DNA from: Clostridia bacterium
GTDB lineage: Bacteria; Bacillota; Clostridia; TANB77; CAG-508
Assembly (NCBI GenBank): GCA_051891435.1
Contig: JBJFFE010000016.1
Coordinates: 625 to 64,624 of the forward strand
Direction: 5' to 3'
DNA length: 64,000 bases
The translations under genes and the position numbers were made by a program. Shown piece after piece: positions 19,122 through 29,847 of this stretch; position 1 is the first letter of the stretch, and each line of letters opens with the position of its first letter. The notes below the pieces were generated by a model that was given only the letters and a program-made list of their open reading frames with translations, had not been told where the DNA came from and made no database searches.

Positions 19122-19736
19122 ATGAAAAATTTGTATATGATTATAAAAAGAATATTAGATATTTTATTATCTATACTAGCATTAATAATACTACTTCCGT
19201 TCTTTATTGTTTTTTCAATCATTATTAAAATAGAATCAAAAGGACCAATATTTTTCAAACAAGAAAGAATAGGAAAAAATAAAAAACATTTTAAAATATA
19301 TAAATTTAGAACTATGAGAACCGATACTCCAAAAGATATGCCAACACATATGTTAAGAAATGCAGAAATGTACATAACTAAATTTGGTAAAATTATGCGA
19401 AAAACTAGCATAGATGAATTACCACAATTAATTAACATCTTAAAAGGAGATATGAGTTTTATAGGACCAAGACCTGCATTATGGAACCAAGATGACTTAA
19501 TAGAAGAAAGAGATAAATATAATGCAAATGATATAAAACCAGGACTTACAGGTTTAGCGCAAATTAGTGGAAGAGATGAATTAGAAATACCTGTAAAAGC
19601 AAAATATGATGGAGAATATGTAGAAAAAATGTCACTATTGTTTGATATAAAGATATTTTTTAAAACAATAATTAAAGTATTTAAACATGATGGAGTTGTA
19701 GAAGGAAGTCAAGAGAAAGAAAAAATTAAGGTATAA
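19122..19736 (+). CDS. Undecaprenyl-phosphate sugar phosphotransferase (small PglC/WbaP-C-type priming enzyme)
   Basis: 204 aa with a re-entrant N-terminal helix and KFRTM, DELPQL.N.LKGDMS.IGPRP and PGLTGLAQ motifs. Confidence 0.9.
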   Translation: MKNLYMIIKRILDILLSILALIILLPFFIVFSIIIKIESKGPIFFKQERIGKNKKHFKIYKFRTMRTDTPKDMPTHMLRNAEMYITKFGKIMRKTSIDELPQLINILKGDMSFIGPRPALWNQDDLIEERDKYNANDIKPGLTGLAQISGRDELEIPVKAKYDGEYVEKMSLLFDIKIFFKTIIKVFKHDGVVEGSQEKEKIKV

Positions 19737-19806
19737 ATAAGAAAAAAGTTGGTTATAAAACTATAATATATCAATAGACAAACAATAAAAGAATGGAGAA
19801 AAAAGC

Positions 19807-20949
19807 TTGAAGAAGATAAGTCAAAAAAAAATTAATATAAAAAAAGTTTTATTTGTAGCAACAGTAGATTCACATATATTAAGATTCCACCTCCCTTATC
19901 TAAAATATTTTAAAGAAACAGGTTATGAAGTTCATGTAGCAACGAATGGTGATGAAAAAATCCCATATTGTGATGTTAAACACACGGTATCGTTTGAAAG
20001 AAATCCATTTAAATTAAAAAATTTGAAAGCAATAAAACAACTTAAAGGGATATTGAAAAATGAAAGCTTTAACATAATTCATTGTCATACTCCAATGGGA
20101 GGAGCCATAACTAGAATATCAGCAAAAAAATATAGAAAATCTGGAACTAAAGTTATATATACCGCACATGGTTTTCACTTCTATAAAGGAGCACCATTGT
20201 TAAATTGGTTAATTTATTATCCAATAGAAAAGTGGTTATCAAAATATACAGATACTTTAGTTACAATAAACAGGGAAGATTATGAACTAGCAAAAAAGAA
20301 ATTCAAAAAGTTAAAAAATATTGAATATGTTCATGGAGTAGGATTAGACACTAAAAAATTTGATATTAAAATTTCTGAAGAAGAAATAGAAAAGCTAAGA
20401 AATGAGATAGAAATAAATAAGGATAATATTGTATTAACATATGTTGCAGAATTAAATAAAAATAAGAATCAAATTTTACTAATAAAAACACTAAAAGAAC
20501 TTATACAAGAAAATGCTAAATATAGATTGATTTTAGTAGGAGATGGAAACAAAAAGCAAGAATATGAAGAATATATAAAACAACATAAGTTACAAAAATA
20601 TGTAAAAATATTAGGAAAAAGAGAAGATATACCACAAATTTTAAAATTAACTACCATTTATGTTGCTTCAAGCTTAAGAGAAGGACTTCCAATAAATATA
20701 TTAGAAGCTATGTATATGAGATTGCCGATAATTGCAATGGATAATAGAGGACATAGGGAGTTAATAAAAAATAATGAAAATGGATTTTTAATAAATAATG
20801 ATAGTAAAAAGATAGAACATAAAGTAAAGACGATTATAGAAAATAGAGAATTAGCAGAAAAATTTATAAAACAGAATAATGAAGAAATAAAAAAATATTT
20901 ATTAGAGAATGTAATTAAAAAAATGAAAAAAATATATAAGGGAGAGTAG
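19807..20949 (+). CDS. Glycosyltransferase family 4
   Basis: 380 aa, TTG start after ggaga. The C-terminal EGLPINILEAM motif is typical of GT4 (E-x7-E region). Confidence 0.85.
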   Translation: MKKISQKKINIKKVLFVATVDSHILRFHLPYLKYFKETGYEVHVATNGDEKIPYCDVKHTVSFERNPFKLKNLKAIKQLKGILKNESFNIIHCHTPMGGAITRISAKKYRKSGTKVIYTAHGFHFYKGAPLLNWLIYYPIEKWLSKYTDTLVTINREDYELAKKKFKKLKNIEYVHGVGLDTKKFDIKISEEEIEKLRNEIEINKDNIVLTYVAELNKNKNQILLIKTLKELIQENAKYRLILVGDGNKKQEYEEYIKQHKLQKYVKILGKREDIPQILKLTTIYVASSLREGLPINILEAMYMRLPIIAMDNRGHRELIKNNENGFLINNDSKKIEHKVKTIIENRELAEKFIKQNNEEIKKYLLENVIKKMKKIYKGE

Positions 20950-20952
20950 AAA

Positions 20953-21999
20953 ATGAAAATATCAGTTATAAAAAATATTGGAATAGAAATTGATGATGAA
21001 TACAAATGGAAAGATACACTCTTCTTAGATGAATATGTATCTTCTGACGATGAGAATGTTTATAAAGAATGTAAACAATTTATAAAATTAAAATATACTA
21101 AAAAACTAGATTTTTCAGAAGCTAGAATGATAGAAAAAAACTTATTTGTTTGCAATAAATATATCTATGATAAAGAAAAAAAGGCAAAAATTTATTTTGA
21201 AAATGATAATACGTGTGTTATTGAATCTAATCAAGAGTCAAATGAATGGCTAATTATAATGCTACAAATCATGTTGTTAAAAGAAGGATATTCTTTTATA
21301 CATGCCGCTGCAGTTTCAAAAAATGGTGTTTCATTATTAATGCCATCATGGGGAGGAGTAGGAAAAACTGCTTCAGTAGCAAAACTGATTAAAAATGACT
21401 ATAAACTATTAGGAGATGATTTAAATATTATAAATAAACAAGGAAAGATATATGCTTTCCCAAAAAAATTTGTTCTATATTTTTATCATAAAGAGTTATT
21501 CCCAGAGGTGTTTAAAGAAAAAAAAGTGTGGTGTAATAGCCAATTGAACAGTTTATATACCAATATTATTCCGACAGTAAAAAAAATATTGAGATATATA
21601 CCAGGATTTTTGTCATTTGCTAGAAGACATAACCCACAATCAATAAAAGTATCACCAGTAGAGATATTTAAAAAAGAAAAAATTGATAGAGAAAGTAACA
21701 TAGAACAAATTATGTGGATAGAACGAAATATAGGCAAGAAGAATTTCGAAATAGTAGATAGTAATAAACTAATATCAAAAGCAATTTCTGTAACTATGAA
21801 TGAACTATTTACTGACAACATAACTGCAATTTTGATAATGTGTGGGATTGGAATGATATCATATAATGATGTATTTAATAATATGAATGAAATATTTCAT
21901 GGAGCATTTACAGATAAAGAGTGTAGTATATTAAATGTATCTAAAACAGAAGATGTTTCAGTTGTCGCTAACGAAGTTTTAAAACACATAAAAATCTAG
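20953..21999 (+). CDS. Hypothetical protein with an HPr-kinase-like P-loop
   Basis: 348 aa. IHAAAVSKNGVSLLMPSWGGVGKTASVAKLIKNDYKLLGDD resembles the HprK C-terminal Walker-A core (HG..v...g.G.li.G.SG.GKS...L...g..L.aDD). Confidence 0.5.
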   Translation: MKISVIKNIGIEIDDEYKWKDTLFLDEYVSSDDENVYKECKQFIKLKYTKKLDFSEARMIEKNLFVCNKYIYDKEKKAKIYFENDNTCVIESNQESNEWLIIMLQIMLLKEGYSFIHAAAVSKNGVSLLMPSWGGVGKTASVAKLIKNDYKLLGDDLNIINKQGKIYAFPKKFVLYFYHKELFPEVFKEKKVWCNSQLNSLYTNIIPTVKKILRYIPGFLSFARRHNPQSIKVSPVEIFKKEKIDRESNIEQIMWIERNIGKKNFEIVDSNKLISKAISVTMNELFTDNITAILIMCGIGMISYNDVFNNMNEIFHGAFTDKECSILNVSKTEDVSVVANEVLKHIKI

Positions 22000-22012
22000 G
22001 AGATATGAAAAT

Positions 22013-23173
22013 ATGAAGATCGCATTTTTTTTAGATGTAAAATTAAAAGAGAAGGATGCTGTTTATTATACAACTGGTGCAGCTGATTACAAATATTTTA
22101 ATAGCCATAAAATAACAAAAAATGATGAATTAATAGTATTGTGCAGACAAGAAGCCACAAATAACATTCAAGGATTAGCAAAATCTTCTGGGGAAAAAGT
22201 AAAATTTATTACAATAAGTAACTATAAAGAATTATTTAATAAAAAAATGAAAAACAATATAAAGGAAATGATTGACAATACAGACTTATGTATAGTAAAG
22301 CTACCCACAATAATTGGATTGTTTATTTGCCACATATTAAATAAAAAAAACAAAAAAATCATAATTGAAATGGTAGGATCACCATTGGAGGCATTATGGT
22401 ACAGAGGAGGAATTATTTACAAAATTGTAGCCCCCATTATTTATAAACTAAACAAATATTATATAAAAAAAGCCGTATGCGTAACTTATGTGTCAAATAA
22501 TTTTCTGCAAAATAGATATCCAACAGAAGGAAAAAAATTTACAATATCAGATGTACTAATTAGGGATATAGATAAAGAGGTATTAAATAATAGGATAAAT
22601 AAGATAAAAAGGCTTGATATAAACACCGCTCCAATAAAAATAGGTTTAATAGGAGCTCTAGATGTAAACTATAAAGGACACTTAACTGCAATAAAAGCAT
22701 TGAAAATATTAAAAAACAAATTTGAAAATATAGAATTGCATTTTTTAGGAAATGGCAATCAAGAAAGATGGAAAAAAATAGCGAAGAAAAACAAAGTTAA
22801 AAATAATATAATTTTTGATGCAACGCTACCACATGAAGAGATCTATAAATGGTTTGATAATATGGATATCTATATTATTCCAAGTATGACGGAAGGCATG
22901 CCAAGGTCTTTGATAGAAGCAATGAGTAGAGGTTGCCCATGTATAGGGACACAAGTAGGAGGAATTTCAGAATTACTTGATGAAGATATGATGATTAAGA
23001 AAAAAAATTATAAGCAACTAGCGCAAAGAATAAGTGATATAATTAATGACAAAGAAAAAATGATTTTTTATTCTGAAAAAAATATAAAGAAGGTAGTAAA
23101 ATATCAAAGTAATGATATTAACAAAGAGATAGAGAAATATCATAATTTTATTTTGAAAGAGGCTATGAAATGA
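22013..23173 (+). CDS. Glycosyltransferase family 4
   Basis: 386 aa with the EGMPRSLIEAMSRGCPCIGTQVGGISELL motif. Confidence 0.85.
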   Translation: MKIAFFLDVKLKEKDAVYYTTGAADYKYFNSHKITKNDELIVLCRQEATNNIQGLAKSSGEKVKFITISNYKELFNKKMKNNIKEMIDNTDLCIVKLPTIIGLFICHILNKKNKKIIIEMVGSPLEALWYRGGIIYKIVAPIIYKLNKYYIKKAVCVTYVSNNFLQNRYPTEGKKFTISDVLIRDIDKEVLNNRINKIKRLDINTAPIKIGLIGALDVNYKGHLTAIKALKILKNKFENIELHFLGNGNQERWKKIAKKNKVKNNIIFDATLPHEEIYKWFDNMDIYIIPSMTEGMPRSLIEAMSRGCPCIGTQVGGISELLDEDMMIKKKNYKQLAQRISDIINDKEKMIFYSEKNIKKVVKYQSNDINKEIEKYHNFILKEAMK

Positions 23174-24258
23174 TTAGAGTATTACAAGTAGTTAACCGTA
23201 TGGGATATGGTGGAATAGAAACTTTTTTAATGAACATATATAGGAATATTGACAGAAGTAAAATTCAATTTGATTTTGCTGTACATACAGAAGAAAAAGG
23301 AGAATATGACGATGAAATAAAAAAAATGGGAGGTAATATTTATTATTTTAATTCAAGGAGAAATGGGTTAATAGAATATTATAAAGATTGGAATAAATTT
23401 TTAAAAGAAAATGCTTCAAAATATGTAGCAATACATATGCATGCTAGTTCTTTAACTACTGTTTTACCAATAAAGCTAGCAAAAAAGCATAAAATAAAGA
23501 ACAGAATAATCCATGCACATAGTACTTTACAATCAGGAAAAATACACAATGTTTTAAACAAGATACACCAAATAAATATTAAAAAATATGCAACTGATTT
23601 ATTTGCGTGTTCTACAGAAGCAGGAATTTATGTCTTTGGAAAAAATCCATTTTGCTTAGTACATAATGGAATAGATGTACTAAGGTATTCGTTCAATCAG
23701 AATATTAGACAACAAGTAAGAAATGAACTAGAAATAAAAGAAAACGAAGTTGCAATTGTACATATTGGAAGATTTGTTCCTGAAAAAAATCATAAGTTTT
23801 TAATTGATATTTTTGATAAAATTGATAACATTAATTTTCGTTGTAAACTGTTTTTAATAGGAGATGGAGTACTAAAGAATGATATAGAACAAAAAGTTAA
23901 TGAGAAAAATTTACAAAACAAAATAAAATTTTTAGGAAGAAGAAATGATGTAAATAGAATATTACAAGGAATGGATTTGTGTATTTTTCCGTCAATATTT
24001 GAAGGATTACCTGTTACAATGATTGAGATGCAGGCAGCTGGGTTACCAATCTTTGCATCAAATAATATTTCATCGGAAACTAAAATTTCAGATTTAGTGG
24101 AATTTATATCTCTTTTAAAAAGTGATGAAGAATGGGCAAAATTAGTATTAGAAAATATGAATTTTCAAAGAAAAAATATGAGTGAAATAATAGAAAAGGC
24201 GGGTTATGATATAAAGAGTACAATTAATATGATATTGAATATATATTTAAGGAGTTAA
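23170..24258 (+). CDS. Glycosyltransferase family 4
   Basis: 362 aa with the EGLPVTMIEMQAAGLPIFASN motif. There is a 4-nt overlap with the upstream gene. Confidence 0.85.
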   Translation: MIRVLQVVNRMGYGGIETFLMNIYRNIDRSKIQFDFAVHTEEKGEYDDEIKKMGGNIYYFNSRRNGLIEYYKDWNKFLKENASKYVAIHMHASSLTTVLPIKLAKKHKIKNRIIHAHSTLQSGKIHNVLNKIHQINIKKYATDLFACSTEAGIYVFGKNPFCLVHNGIDVLRYSFNQNIRQQVRNELEIKENEVAIVHIGRFVPEKNHKFLIDIFDKIDNINFRCKLFLIGDGVLKNDIEQKVNEKNLQNKIKFLGRRNDVNRILQGMDLCIFPSIFEGLPVTMIEMQAAGLPIFASNNISSETKISDLVEFISLLKSDEEWAKLVLENMNFQRKNMSEIIEKAGYDIKSTINMILNIYLRS

Positions 24259-24259
24259 T

Positions 24260-25699
24260 ATGTATAAAAAAAATGGCAATAAAAAATTATATTTATTTGT
24301 AGATATAATAATACTAATAATATCTATTATTATATCCACTTTCTATAATATAGAAGAATTATCAATTAATTATGAAAAAAATCTATTTATTTTAGGCTGG
24401 ATTATAAATGTATTATTTTTGTGGGATATTTATAGCATATATAAAATAAAAAGGAATATTTTAGATTTTAATATAATTTTTTTGATTTTTTTATTTGTAT
24501 TTTGTAATGGACAAACGTTTCTATATACATTAGGAGTTCCTATAAAGAAACTTTCAGTAATAAAAATAGCATCTAGTTACCAAATAATGAAAGAAATAAT
24601 ATATTTTTATTTTAGTTTATTGTTTTTTCAAATAGGTTCTATGTTATGTATAAATAGTAATAATGATAATATAGAAGATATAAATGATAATATTTTTAAA
24701 AAATCAATTAAAATATTTGCATATATGCTTGCAATAATATCGGTAATACCATACGTATACATACTATTACCCAAGATTAAATTATCTGTACAATTAGGAT
24801 ATAAAGCATTATATACAAACTCTACTTCTATATCAGGTGTTATTGGCTATATTGCAAAAATGTTTATACCTTCTTTAATAATGCTATTATATAGTTATAA
24901 AAACAATAAGAAAATTGCTTATTTTATAATAGGAGTATTGTCAACAATAGCCTTTGTAAATGTATTTATAGGTGCAAGAGGGGATGGACTTTCAATTATA
25001 GTAATAATATTAGTATTTTATGGTACTTGTATACAAAAGTTTGAAAAAGGTAAAATATTAAAATTAGCAATAATAGTATTATTAATAATGATTGTAATTC
25101 CAATTGCTGCTACTTTTAGAACACAAGAAAATAAAAGTATATCAGCGTTTGTAAATGAAATTCAAAAAAATATTACAAGTACTGAAACTAATTTTTTAGT
25201 AAAGACAATTTCCGAACTAGGCTATACAATGCACTCTTTTATATTGACAGATGAAGTTGTTCCTAATATAGTAGATTATAAATATGGAGAGTCATATATT
25301 GCAAGTATAATGATGATAATTCCTAGTAAGTTAATGGGGGGGTATTCATTTGCTAATAGTGCTGCGTTAGATATCTGGTTGCAAGATATACATAATATGT
25401 CATATGGACCAGGATTTTCAATTGTTGCAGAAACTTATTATAATTTCGGATTTTATGGAGGGATAGTATTTATTATGGTAATAGGATTTGTATATTCAAA
25501 AGTTTTGAATATGCACTCTAATAAAAGCAATAAAAATACATTACTAAAATTACTATCATTAGTATTTTTATACAACTCTTTGTTAGTAGCTAGATTTCCG
25601 TTCCATAATACGGTCAGAAATATAGTATACATGTATATAATACCATATTTATCAATTATTCTTATATATAATACTATTACAAGGAAAGAGAGGAATTAA
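24260..25699 (+). CDS. wzy: Oligosaccharide repeat-unit polymerase (Wzy-type)
   Basis: 479 aa, about 10-12 TM helices, very AT-rich and poorly conserved, located among GT genes next to the flippase. Confidence 0.7.
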   Translation: MYKKNGNKKLYLFVDIIILIISIIISTFYNIEELSINYEKNLFILGWIINVLFLWDIYSIYKIKRNILDFNIIFLIFLFVFCNGQTFLYTLGVPIKKLSVIKIASSYQIMKEIIYFYFSLLFFQIGSMLCINSNNDNIEDINDNIFKKSIKIFAYMLAIISVIPYVYILLPKIKLSVQLGYKALYTNSTSISGVIGYIAKMFIPSLIMLLYSYKNNKKIAYFIIGVLSTIAFVNVFIGARGDGLSIIVIILVFYGTCIQKFEKGKILKLAIIVLLIMIVIPIAATFRTQENKSISAFVNEIQKNITSTETNFLVKTISELGYTMHSFILTDEVVPNIVDYKYGESYIASIMMIIPSKLMGGYSFANSAALDIWLQDIHNMSYGPGFSIVAETYYNFGFYGGIVFIMVIGFVYSKVLNMHSNKSNKNTLLKLLSLVFLYNSLLVARFPFHNTVRNIVYMYIIPYLSIILIYNTITRKERN

Positions 25700-25701
25700 A
25701 C

Positions 25702-26625
25702 ATGAAATTATTGTCAATATTTACGCCAACTTATAATAGGGGGTACATAATAGAGAAACTATATAAATCACTATTAGAGCAGAACACAGATGTAGAATTC
25801 GAATGGATTATAATAGACGATGGCTCAACTGATGACACTGAACAAAAAGTGAAACTATGGAAGAAAAATCATAATAATTTTGACATTATATATAAAAAAC
25901 AAATTAATAGAGGAAAACATATAGCAATAAATGAAGGTGTAAAATTAGCAACCGGAAAGTTGTTTTTTATAGTAGATTCAGATGACCATTTAGCAGATAA
26001 TGCAATAAATAAAATTGCATATTGGGAATCTAAATTCACAAAAGAAGAAAAAGAAAAGTTTGTAGGCATTTCAGGAAATAGAGGATATAATGAGAAAAAG
26101 ATAGTTGGTAAAACATTTAAAGGGAAATACCTTGATGCCACAACTATTGAGAGAAGAAAATATAATATATTAGGAGATAAGGCAGAAGTATTTTATACAG
26201 AAGTTTTAAGAAAATATGAATTTCCACAAATTGAAAATGAAAGATTTTTATCTGAAGCATATATCTGGAATAAAATCGCACTAGATGGATATAAAATAAG
26301 ATGGATTAATGAAATTTTTATTATATGTAATTACTTACAAGATGGTCTTACTGCTAAATCTTACAAAATTGCAAGAGAAAATCCAAAAGGAACGTTACTA
26401 TATTTAAAACAATTAATAGAAATTGAAAAAAAAACAATTAGAAAATTGGCGCATTATGTATCATATTGTAATATTGCATCAGAAATTTATACTAAAGAAG
26501 AGATAATAAAACAACTTAATATATCCAATTTAAAATATAATATGTTTATAATAATAGGTAATGTAAGGAAAGTAATAAATGATAAGAGTAAAAAAAATAA
26601 TAAAATATTTAAAAATGAAAATTAA
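25702..26625 (+). CDS. Glycosyltransferase family 2
   Basis: 307 aa. PTYNRG..., IIIDDGSTDDT and VDSDD (DxD) motifs. Confidence 0.85.
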   Translation: MKLLSIFTPTYNRGYIIEKLYKSLLEQNTDVEFEWIIIDDGSTDDTEQKVKLWKKNHNNFDIIYKKQINRGKHIAINEGVKLATGKLFFIVDSDDHLADNAINKIAYWESKFTKEEKEKFVGISGNRGYNEKKIVGKTFKGKYLDATTIERRKYNILGDKAEVFYTEVLRKYEFPQIENERFLSEAYIWNKIALDGYKIRWINEIFIICNYLQDGLTAKSYKIARENPKGTLLYLKQLIEIEKKTIRKLAHYVSYCNIASEIYTKEEIIKQLNISNLKYNMFIIIGNVRKVINDKSKKNNKIFKNEN

Positions 26626-27260
26626 TTTAAAGAAAACTAAAAACACAATTATAAATTCAATGGATATATGTAATGATATAAACATAGGTGAAAATTGTGT
26701 TATTGCAAAAACAGTACGAATAGGTACAAACGTGAAGATTGGAAAATGCACATATATTAGCCCTAGAAGTACTGTTGACTCAAATGTTATAATAGGTAGT
26801 TATTGCTCAATAGCACCAAATGTTTTTATAGCACCAGGACAACATAAAATAAGTAATGTGACTACGCATCCGATATTATTCGATCCAATTTGGAGAAAAA
26901 AACTAAATATACCAGAAAAAGAATATTATCAAAAAGAAATTGGTAAACAAGAAAAAGAAACAATTATTGGAAATGATGTGTGGATACGGATTAAATGCAA
27001 TTATTATGAGAGGAATAATAATAGGAAATGGAGCTATAATTGGAGCAGGAGCTATAGTTACTAAAGATGTTCCGCCATATGCTGTTGTTGCAGGAAATCC
27101 AGCTAAAATAATAAAATACAGATTTGAAGAAGAACAAATAAAAAAACTTGGCAAAATGGATAAGTGGTGGGATTTACCAATTGAAGTTATAGAACGAAGA
27201 ATACCAGAAATGTATAACATTGAACAGTACATAAACAAATATTATCAGGAGGAAAAATGA
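26615..27260 (+). CDS. Hexapeptide-repeat O-acetyltransferase (Vat/CatB-like), interrupted by a 1-nt frameshift at an in-frame CGG (C at 26987)
   Basis: ORFs 26579..27064 and 26940..27260 are two halves of one left-handed beta-helix protein. Skipping C26987 gives ...[56 protein letters not shown]..., the canonical family core. The start at 26615 (MKINLKK) is a guess. Confidence 0.8.
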
Positions 27261-28787
27261 GAACAGAAAATTCAATAAAAAATGGAATAATTGCAGCTAC
27301 TATGACAATAATAAATATATTAATAGGATTTATTGCACAAAAAGTATTTATTGTTTCTCTTGGAAAAGAATATTTGGGAATAAATAGTTTATTTACAAAT
27401 ATTATATCTATGCTTTCAATAGTAGAACTAGGATTCCGGTTCTGCAATAATATATAATTTATATAAACCTTTAGCAGATAATAATAAAGAAGAAATAAAA
27501 ACATTAGTTGATTTCTATAAAAAAACATATAGAATAATTGCTACATCAATCTTGACTATAGGTATATGTATAATTCCATTTTTAGAAGATATTGTTGGAA
27601 AAGTAAACATACGAGAAAACTTAAATCTCATATTTTTACTATATTTAACAGATGTAGTTGTATCTTATTTATTAACCTATAAAAGATCTATATTATATGC
27701 CGACCAGAAAACATATATAATTAATATCATACATATTGGATATTTAGTTACTATGAATACTATACAGATTGCAATATTATTATATAGTAAAAACTTCATA
27801 TTATATCTTATAACTAAAATAGTTTGTAGAGCTTTAGAAAATATAGTAATAACAAAAATTGCAAATAAAAGATATCCATATCTTAAGGAAAAGAATATTA
27901 CTAAAATCTCTAAAAAAACCAAGAGCAATATTGTTATAAAAATAAAAGGACTCTTTTTTCATAAAATAGGGTCATTCCTTGTATTAGGAACCGATAATAT
28001 AATAATTTCAAAATTCTTGGGTGTAGTAACAGTAGGGCTGTATTCGAATTATAATCTGATAATACAAGCAGTATCAAATTTGTTTGGACAAATATTCGCA
28101 TCATTAACAGCCACAGTTGGAAATTTATTATTAGAAAAGAATAATGAAAAATCATATAAAATTTATAAAAATGTTATGTTTTTGAATTCTTGTTTATTTA
28201 CCTTTGCATCTGTATCAATATTATGCTTGATAGAACCATTTATAACATTATGGATAGGAATTGAATACATATTACCATATTCAGTATTAGTTATTTTGGT
28301 AATTAATTTTTATCTTCAAGGTATAAGAAAAGCATATGGACTTTTTAAAGAAGCAGCGGGAATTTTTTATGAGGATCGTTTTGTCCCTTTAATAGAATCA
28401 ATAGTTAATATAGTTTCTTCATTAATATTTGTAAAAATATTGGGATTAGAAGGAGTATTTCTAGGAACTATTGCAAGTTGTTTAGTACTATATATTTATA
28501 GCTTTCCAAAATTCGTATACAAAGGATTGTTTGGGAAAAACTATACAAAATATATAAAAGATAATTTGAGGTATATGTTACCTTCTGCAATCTCCATAAT
28601 TATAACTGCAATTATTATAAAAAAAATAATAATTACAAATATTTTCATACAATTATTAGTAAATGCTATAATATCGTTAATAGTACCAAACTTAATTATG
28701 ATATTAATATTTTATAAAACAGATGAAGTTAAATATTATAAAGATATGTTAGTGAGAATATTGGGATCAAAAAACATTAATTTATAA
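27257..28787 (+). CDS. wzx: Polysaccharide flippase (Wzx, MOP superfamily), interrupted by a 1-nt frameshift at an in-frame CGG (C at 27437)
   Basis: ORFs 27257..27457 and 27552..28787 are joined by skipping one C, giving ...[52 protein letters not shown]... This is a typical Wzx N-terminus, and the frame is open from 27438 onward. Confidence 0.85.
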
Positions 28788-28816
28788 TAATATATTATGA
28801 AAAAATATTTATATAA

Positions 28817-29158
28817 TACATAAAGTGCAACAGAACAAGAAAAGACCATATAGCAGATGTGATAATAAGCAAAAAACCAAAAGTTGTAGGAATATATAGA
28901 TTAACTATGAAAAGTGGTTCTGATAATTTTAGATCTAGTGCAATACAAGGTATTATGAAAAGAATAAAAGCAAAAGGTATTGAAGTTGTAGTATATGAGC
29001 CTACCTTAAATGAAGAAGAGTTCTTTAATAGTAGAGTTATAAAAAATATAGACGAATTTAAAAAATTATCAGATGTAATAGTTGCAAACAGATTAAATGA
29101 TGAATTAAAAGATGTTAAAGATAAAATATATACTAGAGACTTATTTAGTAGAGATTAA
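28817..29158 (+). pseudogene. ugd: 3' remnant of UDP-glucose 6-dehydrogenase (last 110 or so codons only)
   Basis: Reads ...[58 protein letters not shown]..., the conserved C-terminal domain of Ugd. There is no N-terminal Rossmann or catalytic part upstream, and the frame closes at 28814-28816. Confidence 0.8.
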
Positions 29159-29253
29159 AATTAAATAGCACATGTGCAAAAAAAATGCAGTAGAAGCACT
29201 ACAAGAAATATCTCTTCTTATAATTTAGAAATGAAAATAAATAATGCTTTATG

Positions 29254-29297
29254 AGCCCTAAAGCTTAGAATAAATCTAAATTTTAGGGCTATTTTTG
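29254..29297 (+). terminator. Rho-independent terminator
   Basis: agccctaaa ... tttagggct hairpin followed by atttttg. Confidence 0.6.
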
Positions 29298-29321
29298 TCG
29301 AATTATGGCGAACGAATTTTC

Positions 29322-29350
29322 TTGACAATTTGTGTCAGTAATTGTAATAT
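29322..29350 (+). promoter_or_regulatory. Putative promoter P1 upstream of the toxin-antitoxin-like operon
   Basis: TTGACA (29322-29327), 17 nt, TAATAT (29345-29350). The -35 is embedded in a block shared with 498-517. Confidence 0.4.
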
Positions 29351-29377
29351 AGTGTAAATAAAAAACATAAATACTAA

Positions 29378-29407
29378 TTGACAAACTATCAACTGATAGT
29401 GTATAAT
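29378..29407 (+). promoter_or_regulatory. Putative promoter P2 with a perfect 7-2-7 palindromic operator between -35 and -10
   Basis: TTGACA (29378-83), 18-nt spacer containing ACTATCA-AC-TGATAGT (29385-29400), then TATAAT (29402-07), then RBS aaggagg and ATG 29421. Confidence 0.6.
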
Positions 29408-29420
29408 AAGGAGGCAGGAC

Positions 29421-29834
29421 ATGGATACGAATTTTATTTCTACGCAAGAAGAGGTCAATGAATTTCTAAAAGAACTTAAAGATATAATTTCTAGTAATAA
29501 GTTTAATGTTGAAAATGATTTGGATATTATTCTAAAAAAGAAAAATGAAAATTTATTAGATCCATATACAACTCAAAATACACTATTAGCCCTAGATTTT
29601 GATAAACATGATATTGTAGATACCTTAAAGTCTCTAACAGATAAAGACTATATAGAAACAGGAAACGACATAAAAAATAATCAGTTGCCAAAACTTTATA
29701 TCTTTGGAAAAACAATACAGGGAAAAGTAATATACATAAAAATTAAAATACGAGATAAAATAAATCATAAAGTGTTTTGTATTTCTTTTCATTTTGCTAG
29801 ATATCCACTAACAAAATTCCCATATAATAATTAG
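29421..29834 (+). CDS. MqsR-like toxin candidate (137 aa)
   Basis: The C-terminal half (LALDFDKHDIVDTLKSLTDKDYIET...KLYIFGKTIQGKVIYIKIKIRDKINHKVFCISFHFA) parallels E. coli MqsR (LGLDFDGMCNVIIGLSESDFYKS...DVYRPRLVTGQVYLKITVIHDVLIVSFKEK). It lies directly upstream of a MqsA-type gene. Confidence 0.55.
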   Translation: MDTNFISTQEEVNEFLKELKDIISSNKFNVENDLDIILKKKNENLLDPYTTQNTLLALDFDKHDIVDTLKSLTDKDYIETGNDIKNNQLPKLYIFGKTIQGKVIYIKIKIRDKINHKVFCISFHFARYPLTKFPYNN

Positions 29835-29847
29835 GAGGTGTATACAC

